Below, one piece after another: positions 8,833 to 17,632 of a stretch of 64,000 bases of DNA. This stretch comes from Nitrospirota bacterium (lineage in GTDB: Bacteria; Nitrospirota; UBA9217). The position numbers and the translations under genes were made by a program. The notes below the pieces were generated by a model. That model had not been told where the DNA came from, made no database searches, and saw nothing but the letters and a program-made list of their open reading frames with translations. The stretch is from assembly GCA_963740085.1 (NCBI GenBank), contig CAVUCU010000007.1:1-64000 (forward strand). The letters are read 5' to 3'. Position 1 is the stretch's first letter. The number at the start of each line of letters is the position of its first letter.

Positions 8833-9101
8833 ATGAATTGGCATAAACACTTTACCGCATTTCTCATACTGGTTCTGCTGTTATCCACATTCGTGGCGGT
8901 GTTCCATCACCATGATAACAAGCGGCTGATCACGACTGCCCCATCTGTCTTGTAAGCCATCATCAGCACGCAACAGGCCAGACAACCATTGCTTTTGATA
9001 GCGTTCCTTTTTTCTTTGAAACAGTATATGTCCCTTCCGCACTAATAATTGTCGAGAAGATATTCGCCTCTTTCCAGAGCGACCGCGCACCACCCGCATA
9101 A
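8833..9101 (+). CDS. DUF2946/CruR-like metal-sensing leader peptide (about 89 aa, one frameshift near 8920)
   Basis: TM helix + HHH, then DHDCPIC...SDRAPPA* in the shifted frame; absent from the ORF track. Confidence 0.75.
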
Positions 9102-9249
9102 CTCCTCTCAAAACGCATTGCAGAATAGGGCCTACGTGAAACGCGCGTAATCAGGAAGACTGTTTGTAATCAGTCTTGCCATGATCTGTTTCGTGCGGTA
9201 TTCGTTCGGCCAGGGCATTTTCCTTTTTACGTTATCTCATGGAGGAGTT

Positions 9250-10597
9250 ATGAAACCAATCGCCATGTTTTGCATGGTATTCATGCTCGTGTTTGCGTTT
9301 TTATCTTCCACGGCTTTTGCCGAGGACCAGAACGAACGACTGAACAAGCTTGAGGAATCGCTTAAAAACCAGCAACAAACAATCGAACAGCAGCAAGTAA
9401 CCATCGACACGCTCAAAACGCAGGTAAATCAAAAGAACGATCAGGGTGCGCCAGCAGCGCCTACCTGCACCATCTTCCCAGAAGGCAAGCGGGTTATTCG
9501 GTGGCAGCGCCTTCACGAACCCCAATTTGTCCGTTGTCCTTGACACCTTCGGTTATTCCTCGAATCTCACGAATGAAGAACTGGCGAATCGTGGAATCCC
9601 TGGTTTTACCACGCAGGGGCTTGACCAGCGGAATGGATTCAACCTCGATTCAGTGGAACTTTTTATCTTTTCACCGGTAGACCCCTATTTCAATTTCTAC
9701 ACAAACATCCCGGTAACGGAAAACGGCGTGAGCATTGAAGAGGCGTACGTCGTGACCACGGCCCTTCCCGAAGGCTGGCAGGTCAAGGGCGGCAAGTTTA
9801 AAAGCAATTTCAGCCGCCTCGACGCGCAGCATCCTCATGCCTGGGATTTCTGGGACATTGCCTTGCCTTACCGCGCGTTTTTCGGCAACGAGGGTCTGGG
9901 CGGAGAAAAAGGCGTGCAGCTTACGTATCTGCCGACCTTGCCCATTTACACCATATTCGGCGCTGAAGTGCTTCAGGGAGAGAATCCTCTCCTGTTCGGG
10001 CCGGGAGCAGCGGAGGAGAGTCCGCATGCCTTTACATTTTTCGTAAAAAGCTCCGTTGATACGAGCGACTACTCGACGATCTATTTCGGACCGTCCGTGC
10101 TTTTTGGTAAGACAGACAGCACGAACATCCTTCCTAACAATTCGAGGTCAAAGGCAACAGCGCCCTGTATGGTCTGGAAGCAGTCTGGAAATGGAAGCCC
10201 ACGAGCAAGAAGGCGTTGACGATCCAGAGCGAATATCTGTTTCTTACTCAATCAGGAACCGCGACGGACCTCACCACTGCTGCCGTCGATTCGCTGCGGC
10301 GCAGGCAGGACGGGTTCTATGTCCAAGGGATCTATCGAATAAACCGATGGGGGATAGGCGCACGGTATGACGCGCTCAACGTATTTTCCGATACCTTCTA
10401 AGCTGGCAGGAGTGCAAAAAGACTATGGCAAGCCCTGGCGCGAGACAGCCAGTCTTGAGTACAACCCCAGTGAATTCGCCCGAATCAGGCTTCAGCTCAG
10501 CCATGATCGTTCAGATACCATGACCGCGCGGACGAACGATGAGGCGATACTACAATTTAACTTCACCGTCGGAGCCCATCCGGCGCATTCATTTTAG
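9250..10597 (+). CDS. Outer-membrane beta-barrel of metal (Zn-regulated type) uptake locus; several frameshifts
   Basis: Signal peptide + coiled coil; NPNLSVVLD, VDPYF, EEAY, HPHAWDF, C-terminal GAHPAHSF across 4 ORF fragments. Confidence 0.8.
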
Positions 10598-10606
10598 GAG
10601 GAGCAC

Positions 10607-11489
10607 ATGCGAAAGATCTTTTTATCATTTTTGTTATTGTTGATGTTTACTACTCCCGCTTTTGCGGAGCTGAATATCGTGGCAACGCTTCCCTGGATCG
10701 GAAGTGCGGCGAAAGAGATCGGAAAGGACAAGATCAACGTCACGGTCCTTGCAAAGCCGAGTCAGGATGCCCACTTTCTTGAAGCCAAACCGAGTATGAT
10801 CCTGGCTGCACGGAAAGCCGATATCATCATGTATGACGGCCTCGATCTGGAAATCGGATATCTCCCGCTCATCATAGAATCCTCGAAAAATCCGAAGCTC
10901 ATGCCCGGGCAGATCGGAAACTTCGACTGTTCGCAGTTCATTACCGTCGCTGGAAAAACCGACGACCGTGGACAGAAGCATGGGGGACGTGCACCCGCTC
11001 GGCAATCCCCATTACCACTTCTCGCCGCGAAGAGTGCTCCGCGTTGCTGAAGGTATGACCAGGCTCCTTGCCGATGCGGACAAGGCGAATGCGGATTTTT
11101 ATCTGGCGAATTACAAGGCTTTTGCCGAACGGGTGAAAGAAAAAGAGAAAGAGTGGCACGCAGTGCCGCTCAAAGGAAGAAAATACGTGGCCTACCACAA
11201 GTACTTCGAGTACCTGGCAGACGAGTTCGGATTCAGATTCATCGGCTATCTGGAGCCGAAGCCCGGCATACCGCCGTCCGCATCGCACATAGAGGAACTC
11301 ATCGAGCTTATGAAGAGGGAAAAACCCGATGCTATTCTTGTTACGCCCGCCTACGGCAAGGATGAGGCGGAATCGCTGTCATCGAAAACCGGGGTAAAGG
11401 TTATTGTGCTTCCTCACGACGTCGGCTCGATGCCCGGGACTGATGACTTAATTTCGTTCTGGGACAAGATCATTTCATTATTGAAATAG
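10607..11489 (+). CDS. Metal ABC transporter substrate-binding protein (ZnuA/TroA family), frameshifted near 10950
   Basis: QDAHFLEAKPS, GLDLEIG, DVHPLGNPHY, YHKYFEY, EPKPGIPPS. Confidence 0.88.
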
Positions 11490-11574
11490 AGGAATGAGGC
11501 GTGAAACGTAGAAGGGATGGTCAAATCTCTTCACGTTTTCACTCTCCGGCTTTATACGGCTTTTTGGAGGAACC

Positions 11575-12378
11575 ATGGACGCACTCAATTTTCTGTTGTA
11601 TCCTTTTCTGGCATGTCTTCTTTTAATCGGGATTCACGCCTATTTCGGCATTCACATCCTGCAGCGCGGGATCATCTTCGTGGACCTGGCCCTTGCCCAG
11701 TTCATCGGCATCGGTCTTGCGCTTTCCTTTCTTCTCGGAGGGGAACGCCACGTAGTCCTCTCCCTGGTCTTTGCCATGATCGGAGCGCTGATCCTTGCAA
11801 TTTCAAAGAGGGCCGCGAAATACGTGAACATCGAGGCGTTTATCGGCGTGCTCTATATTTTTTCCGTATCCGCAGCCATACTGATCCTCGACAGAAGCCC
11901 GCACGGCCTGGAGGAATTCAAGTCAATCATCAACGGCAACATCATCTGGGTCACGTCCGCCGATATACTCTCAACGTTCATTGTGTACGGACTGGTCGGC
12001 TTGCTCCATTTTATTCTTTGGAAAAGGTTCTACGCGCTGTCCTATGAGGGGAAGGGCGGCTTCTGGCTCGAGTTTCTGTTCTTCGCAAGCTTCGCAGTCG
12101 TGCTCGTAAAGTCGGTGAAAATGGCGGGCGTTCTCCAGGTATTCTCGTTCCTCGTGATTCCGGCAATGATCGGACGGCTCTTTACCCGTGATCCGCTAAA
12201 GGTGCTCATGGTCGGGTGGACGCTCGGCGTATTCGTCAGCGTCTTCGGTATATTCCTCTCCTACAAGTTCGATATACCTACTGCGCCGGTCATCGTCCTT
12301 TCTTTAAGCGTCATCTTTTTCGGTTTTCTCACAGTACGTGCATGGAGCAAGTGGAGCAGAGAGCGGCTGAATGCATGA
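11575..12378 (+). CDS. Metal ABC transporter permease (ZnuB family)
   Basis: HAYFGIHILQRGIIFVDLALAQ, GVLQVFSFLVIPA; multiple TM helices. Confidence 0.88.
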   Translation: MDALNFLLYPFLACLLLIGIHAYFGIHILQRGIIFVDLALAQFIGIGLALSFLLGGERHVVLSLVFAMIGALILAISKRAAKYVNIEAFIGVLYIFSVSAAILILDRSPHGLEEFKSIINGNIIWVTSADILSTFIVYGLVGLLHFILWKRFYALSYEGKGGFWLEFLFFASFAVVLVKSVKMAGVLQVFSFLVIPAMIGRLFTRDPLKVLMVGWTLGVFVSVFGIFLSYKFDIPTAPVIVLSLSVIFFGFLTVRAWSKWSRERLNA

Positions 12379-12440
12379 GGTCATTAAATGAAATGTCTCG
12401 CAAAAAGTCCCCCGTCTCATGGTTTGCATAAGGAGCAACA

Positions 12441-13049
12441 ATGAACTTACGTGCAAAATTAATGACTTTGTTAGCAATCGCTATCACGATCGCGGGCTGC
12501 GGGGCAACTGCAAAAGAGATAGCCAGAATGAGTCAGAGCGTAAGAAAGGATGTTTTTGCCGAGATTATATCTGAGGGCCCTGCTCCAGCAGGCTTCGCGG
12601 ATTTGGTCATCAGGGCATCCTTAAAGACACCCCCTGCAGGGTATTATTTCTTTGAATCCAAAGCATTCTCTCACGGAAAAGCTGTCGAAACCTTTCTTAT
12701 AAATATCGACGGACAGGCCGTTCTGTGGCAGGCGGAAGGGGGAAAACACGTGCTCCCGGATTATGTGGATAACAAGACGAGCCGCGATCCCGAAGCTGGT
12801 GAAGGAATGAAGTATATGCTTGAAAGGAAAGTCCGGCTTGCAGCGGGATCTCACAAGGTGTTTTTCGGGTTGCCCGACGAGCCGTATTATACAACCACGA
12901 ACATATCTGTAAAGGGCGGGGGATCGTACGTTTTGGAGTTCGAGCCGGACTACAGGTATAAGACAGTGCCAACGCGCATCCCGACGTTTTTGAATGGAAT
13001 TGCAAAGTTTGAAGTTATGTTTAAGTCGATGGTGGTTAAAGATCGTTGA
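12441..13049 (+). CDS. Hypothetical lipoprotein
   Basis: Lipobox IAGC; RBS AAGGAG. Confidence 0.7.
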   Translation: MNLRAKLMTLLAIAITIAGCGATAKEIARMSQSVRKDVFAEIISEGPAPAGFADLVIRASLKTPPAGYYFFESKAFSHGKAVETFLINIDGQAVLWQAEGGKHVLPDYVDNKTSRDPEAGEGMKYMLERKVRLAAGSHKVFFGLPDEPYYTTTNISVKGGGSYVLEFEPDYRYKTVPTRIPTFLNGIAKFEVMFKSMVVKDR

Positions 13050-13300
13050 CAACCCGAAAAGGGGCAGGGCTTTTTTTATGGTATGCTGTTGTAACTTTCT
13101 CCGATCACTCTAGTGTCATTATCAACTAGAATTCTTTGGCATCGTCATAAAATTGACATTGCAGTTAAGTAGGTGAAGACCGCATTTCATCGCCTCACTG
13201 ATTAATGCAAGATTCCAGATGAAGTCTATATTTCATACTTGTCAGACAGCGGTCCTGAGTTGGCACTCAAAAAAAGGGCTGGATTTCTCCAGCCCATAAA

Positions 13301-13320
13301 TTGTGCCCATTTTGTGCCTA
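13301..13320 (+). repeat. Arm-type-like direct repeats near island end
   Basis: TTGTGCCCA / TTGTGCCTA tandem about 130 bp inside the tRNA fragment. Confidence 0.45.
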
Positions 13321-13450
13321 TCGCAGCCAGAAATCACCTGACGCCAGCTGACTCCATCTGAGATGCCTGCATTCATGAACCTCTTGCCTATCAAGGATTT
13401 TATTGCTAATTCAAGAGATTCCTGACGAACAAATTTTTCATGAATTTGCT

Positions 13451-13516
13451 CTTCAAATCCGCTGTTTCCTGGCTTTGGTCAGGAAAGGTGAGTTCGATTC
13501 TCATGCTCTCCCGCCA
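13451..13516 (+). tRNA. selC: 3' fragment of tRNA-Sec (attachment-site remnant)
   Basis: CTTCAAA loop (UCA anticodon), long variable arm TTTCCTGGC-tttg-GTCAGGAAA, T-arm GTGAG-TTCGATT-CTCAT, GCTCTCCC-GCCA; no matching 5' half upstream. Confidence 0.82.
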
Positions 13517-13521
13517 TAAAT

Positions 13522-13556
13522 AAAAAACCCTCACGGAATAACCCATGAGGGGTTTT
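13522..13556 (+). terminator. Intrinsic terminator after the selC 3' end
   Basis: AAAAAACCCTCA...TGAGGGGTTTT. Confidence 0.7.
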
Positions 13557-13629
13557 ACATCAAGAGGTTGGTCCCCTATGGGATCCTCGATAATTACCTG
13601 CTGATTGATAGTATAGGAGGTACAACTTC

Positions 13630-13713
13630 TTACCCTCTCCTGCTCCAGTAAAAGCCGCCCCCGCCGAACACAAGGATCAACACGATGATCAAAAGGATTA
13701 GCTCAGTACTCAT
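13630..13713 (-). CDS. 27-aa single-TM small protein (DUF3309-like)
   Basis: RBS AAGGAGGT; MSTELILLIIVLILVFGGGGFYWSRRG*. Confidence 0.7.
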   Translation of the reverse strand: MSTELILLIIVLILVFGGGGFYWSRRG

Positions 13714-13781
13714 GGTTCAATAACCTCCTTTCCGAGATTTCACCTCTCAGACGTCTTGCATAACGATGGGCCGGCCCATCG

Positions 13782-14060
13782 TCATGCCACCTTTTTTCCA
13801 AACGTCTCCCGCTCCTCGAAGTTGTTTATAAACTGCGAAACCTGAACGCTGAGATACACGCACTTGGTCCCGTTCATGCATTCATCGGCATCTTTCCTTT
13901 CGAGATGAGTGGTAAGTGTCTCACCTCCGCGTTTAAATGTGACTATGTAGACGTTCTTCTGCGAGCTGAAATCCAAGCTCGTCAGAATCTTGTGTTCTTT
14001 GATCTCGGGATACATGTTTACAATTTCATCTTTTAATTCTTCAAGAGTATAATATTCCAT
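13782..14060 (-). CDS. Conserved hypothetical protein
   Basis: MYPEI...LTTHLERKDADECMNGTKCVYL; RBS GAGGAG. Confidence 0.7.
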   Translation of the reverse strand: MEYYTLEELKDEIVNMYPEIKEHKILTSLDFSSQKNVYIVTFKRGGETLTTHLERKDADECMNGTKCVYLSVQVSQFINNFEERETFGKKVA

Positions 14061-14298
14061 AATCGTCTCTCCTCGCGAAAAACTTAATCTCTTATTAAAA
14101 GTATAGCACCGATTTCTATACATTGTGCTATGTACCCAATTTAACGATTCAACGTATGGTCATTAATGTTGCGTTATTATAATCATCCAATTATTATCCA
14201 ACCTAAGTAACAAGCAGGATACTTCTGAATCCACTTGAGATGCTCCCCTGTGTAGTGCCGCTCTCAATCAAGTGTCTTGATCCTTCCCCCAAATCCCC

Positions 14299-14880
14299 TT
14301 ACTCCGCCGCCTTCCGGACCTTCCGGAACATCCTGCTGAGTGCGGGCAGCTGATAGCTCGCGTTCAAGCCGCTGGGGTTCGGCAGGACCCAAAGCCGCGA
14401 CGGGCCAATGCACTGCTCCTGGGGGCCGAAAAGGGCCTTCGGATTTCCAAAAGCAATGCGGAACGCCTCGAGACCGAGCACCGCGACCACGCGGGGACGA
14501 TAGCGACGGACCTTTGCCTTGAGATCGCGGCCTCCCTTTTCCAGCTCCACGCGGCCCAGTTCCGACGCCGCAGCCGTTGAATGTTTCACAGTGTTCGTGA
14601 TGCCGTACCCATGCTTCAGCAGTTCCCGTTCCTCGAACGGCGAGAGCTGCCGCTCAGTGAACCCCGCTTTGTACAGGACCGGCCAAAAGCGGTTTCCCGG
14701 CCGGGCGAAATGGTGGCCCACGGCGCCGGAATACAGACCTGGGTTGATCCCCACGAACAGGACCTTCAGTCGCGGCGCGATCACATCGGGTATGTGCTTC
14801 CCGTACGCGGCAAGAAGCTGGGCTTTCGTAGGTTTCCAGATCTTGATTGATGGTGGCCCTGCTGGTCGGTCTTTTTTCAT
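14299..14880 (-). CDS. mug: G/U mismatch-specific uracil-DNA glycosylase
   Basis: GINPG, HHFARPGNRFW, LPNPSGLN. Confidence 0.92.
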   Translation of the reverse strand: MKKDRPAGPPSIKIWKPTKAQLLAAYGKHIPDVIAPRLKVLFVGINPGLYSGAVGHHFARPGNRFWPVLYKAGFTERQLSPFEERELLKHGYGITNTVKHSTAAASELGRVELEKGGRDLKAKVRRYRPRVVAVLGLEAFRIAFGNPKALFGPQEQCIGPSRLWVLPNPSGLNASYQLPALSRMFRKVRKAAE

Positions 14881-14953
14881 ACTTTTTAAACTTTTGCGCA
14901 CTTTGCGAGCTTTGCGAGAAACGCTTTTAGTTTCATTGGGGTATTTATTGGGG

Positions 14954-15727
14954 TCAGCGCTTGCCAACCGATGAAATGTAGACAGTGAATTCCTCGTCGC
15001 CATCAACCCCGAGAAGCCGGTCACAGGCTTTCTGGTCATAGGCGGCAATAGCGCAGGACCCGGCACTCATAGAGGTGCATGCCAGATAGAGGTTTTGGCA
15101 AACGTGGCCTGCATCGATGGCGATCACCTTGTGAGCCGCCAGATCATAGCGCCATTCCACACGAGCGGGGATCGCCGTCCAAAAGAACGTCACTGCTGCA
15201 GCGGCTATAAACGCCTGCCCCAGACAGGCGGCTGCCGCTTTACGTCCGATCTGCTCGTCGACTGCCAGTTGCGCCAATTGGCCTTCAAAGGGCAAGTAGC
15301 GGTAGAGTCCGGAGGCCAGGCCTTCGATCCGGCTGGCCAGCACGTAGGTTTCAAAGGCGTGGCGCGCACCGGCAGAGGGCACAGCGCGAAGCACAGTTGT
15401 CGGACTCAATGCTTTGCGAACACCCTGGGTTGCCCAGAGAAGGGCGGACAATTCCTCCAGGGTGAACGGAGCTGTGGAGTAATCGCGCACGCTTTCCCGC
15501 CGGATGATCGCCTCGCCAATGGGCATGCGACCCAATCGGACCAATGCCGCGGCGCCGTCGGGAAGCTGAATACGAACCGTGTCCGTCGAAGCTGGTTTTT
15601 GGATGGGCGGCGCCGGTACATGCCGATTCTGAGCGGTACGTGAGAAATCTATTTGTTGACGGATGGTGTCCTTGAGGAAAAAGCGGTTCTTCTCAAACGG
15701 TTTGTCGGACTTTCGATCGGAATTCAT
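14954..15727 (-). CDS. SagB/ThcOx-family nitroreductase
   Basis: RRESVR, LLWATQG, PSAGARH, DAGHVCQNLYL. Confidence 0.88.
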   Translation of the reverse strand: MNSDRKSDKPFEKNRFFLKDTIRQQIDFSRTAQNRHVPAPPIQKPASTDTVRIQLPDGAAALVRLGRMPIGEAIIRRESVRDYSTAPFTLEELSALLWATQGVRKALSPTTVLRAVPSAGARHAFETYVLASRIEGLASGLYRYLPFEGQLAQLAVDEQIGRKAAAACLGQAFIAAAAVTFFWTAIPARVEWRYDLAAHKVIAIDAGHVCQNLYLACTSMSAGSCAIAAYDQKACDRLLGVDGDEEFTVYISSVGKR

Positions 15728-15854
15728 GTCTTACAAGCCCCTTCTTCGCTGCGTCCCGCCTGCATTTTTTCCTGAGTATACGCCCGGTAATTATTTTGTC
15801 AAGCTCCGGACGGGGCAGCTCCGGACGGGCGGCCCAGATATCTTCTCTGCCTAG

Positions 15855-17417
15855 GAGTCTGTCGGACTTTCCCGACAAAAATATGATATAGTCGATTAGC
15901 TTTTGAGCATACATTCGCGAGGTGAGACTAAATGAGTGCAAAATTTATCGACTATGATCAAGCTACTTTATATTTGCTGCCGCCGTCTCTTCAAGACTGG
16001 CTACCCGAAGATCATCTGGCCCGATTTGTCGTCGAGATTGTTGACCAGCTTGACCTTAGCTCCCTGAAAGCGGCTTATGCCGGCCGGGGATCGCAGCCCT
16101 ATAATCCAGAGATGCTTCTGGCGCTCCTGTTCTACGGATACGCCACCGGAGTATTTTCCAGCCGGAAACTGGAGCGGAGCACCTATGATTCAGTAGCGTT
16201 CCGGTTTATCGCTGCCAATGCTCATCCGGACCACGATACAATTGCCGTCTTCCGGAAGCGGTTTCTGCCGCAGCTCAAAGCTCTGTTTATCCAGATCCTG
16301 CTGATCGCCCAGCAGACGGGCATCTTGAAACTGGGCACCGTCAGTCTGGACGGGACAAAGGTCAAGGCGAATGCCTCCAAGCATAAAGCCTTGAGTTACA
16401 ATCATGCCTGCAAGCTCGAAGAGCAGCTCAAGGCGGAAGTCACTGAACTTCTTCGCCAGGCGGAAGCTGCCGACCAGGCTGATCTTCCGGATGGGATGAA
16501 CATCCCGGAAGAACTTTCCCGGCGGACAGAGCGCCTCAAGGCCATAGCCGAAGCCAAGGCCGAGATTGAACGGCGTGCCGCCGAGCGCTACACCCAGGAA
16601 AAAGAAGCCTATGATAAAAACCTGGCCGAGCGCGCCGAAAAAGAACAGAAGACCGGCAAAAAGCCGCGCGGCCCTAAACCGCAACCGCCGGAACCGTGTG
16701 TCCAGGGGAAAGACCAGGTCAACCTGACGGATGGCGAATCCCGGATCATGAAAAAGTCCGGCGGCGGTTTTGAGCAGGCTTACAATGCCCAGGCCGGCGT
16801 CGATACCGAATCAATGCTGATAGTGACCAGTCATGTGAGCCAGCAGACAAACGACAAGCGCGAACTGGAACCGGCAGTTGCTAATCTGGCGGCATTACCC
16901 AAAGCGCTTGGTACGGTAGATGCGGTCCTTACCGACAACGGCTTTTACAGCGAAACCAACATCGGCGCTTGCGAGAAAAACAAGATTACGCCGTACATTG
17001 CCTTTGGCCGGGATCAACACAACCAGCCGCTTATGGATCGGTTCCGTGAGCCGTTGCCGCTGCCTGACGGTGCTGATGCGGTTACGAGGATGAAGCACCG
17101 GCTTCGGACACTGGCCGGGAAAAAACTTTACGCCAAACGCAAAAGCACGGTAGAACCGGTCTTCGGCATCATCAAGGCAGCCATGGGGTTCCGACAGTTC
17201 CTGCTGCGAGGCTTTGAGTCGACACAAGGCGAATGGGACTTGGTCTGCATCGCCTGGAACCTGAAAAGGCTACATGCCTTGAGTTGATAGCATTAAGAAA
17301 GAGCAGGTCAACCGCCTTTTCAGTAGTGACATTGCTGGAAAGTTAAAATGTCAGGCTGCTTTTGGGCAGCCCGTTAACTTGAAGTGCCGGATTTGCTATC
17401 ATAAGTCCGACAGACTC
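15855..17417 (+). mobile_element. IS1182-family insertion sequence
   Basis: Perfect terminal IRs GAGTCTGTCGGACTT, flanked on both sides by CTAG. Confidence 0.92.
15932..17287 (+). CDS. IS1182-family DDE transposase
   Basis: LPEDHLARF, SSRKLE, PDHDTI, LDGTK, AYNAQ, DNGF, VEPVFG. Confidence 0.95.
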   Translation: MSAKFIDYDQATLYLLPPSLQDWLPEDHLARFVVEIVDQLDLSSLKAAYAGRGSQPYNPEMLLALLFYGYATGVFSSRKLERSTYDSVAFRFIAANAHPDHDTIAVFRKRFLPQLKALFIQILLIAQQTGILKLGTVSLDGTKVKANASKHKALSYNHACKLEEQLKAEVTELLRQAEAADQADLPDGMNIPEELSRRTERLKAIAEAKAEIERRAAERYTQEKEAYDKNLAERAEKEQKTGKKPRGPKPQPPEPCVQGKDQVNLTDGESRIMKKSGGGFEQAYNAQAGVDTESMLIVTSHVSQQTNDKRELEPAVANLAALPKALGTVDAVLTDNGFYSETNIGACEKNKITPYIAFGRDQHNQPLMDRFREPLPLPDGADAVTRMKHRLRTLAGKKLYAKRKSTVEPVFGIIKAAMGFRQFLLRGFESTQGEWDLVCIAWNLKRLHALS

Positions 17418-17632
17418 CTAGTGCACCATAGAAAAGGGGACCCGAATAGCATGGGTCCCCTTGATTTATTACAGTCTTCTTTGGTCGACAGCCGGATCAA
17501 ACGCCGGTTCGATTGCCCCGATAAATACCGTCAGGGAACTGTTACCAGGAAATCCGCATAATCGTGGGCTGATCAAAAGAAAAAGCGCGCCCTGTCTTGC
17601 GACAGGGCGCTTCGAGAGTATTTCTTCTTAGC

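Noticed and set aside
13410-13516. Intact tRNA-Sec gene
   Set aside because: No 5' acceptor strand (GGGAGAGC) or D-arm upstream of the anticodon loop.
14954-15727. RiPP (azole) biosynthetic cluster around the SagB-like gene
   Set aside because: No YcaO, precursor peptide or transporter nearby; stand-alone nitroreductase.
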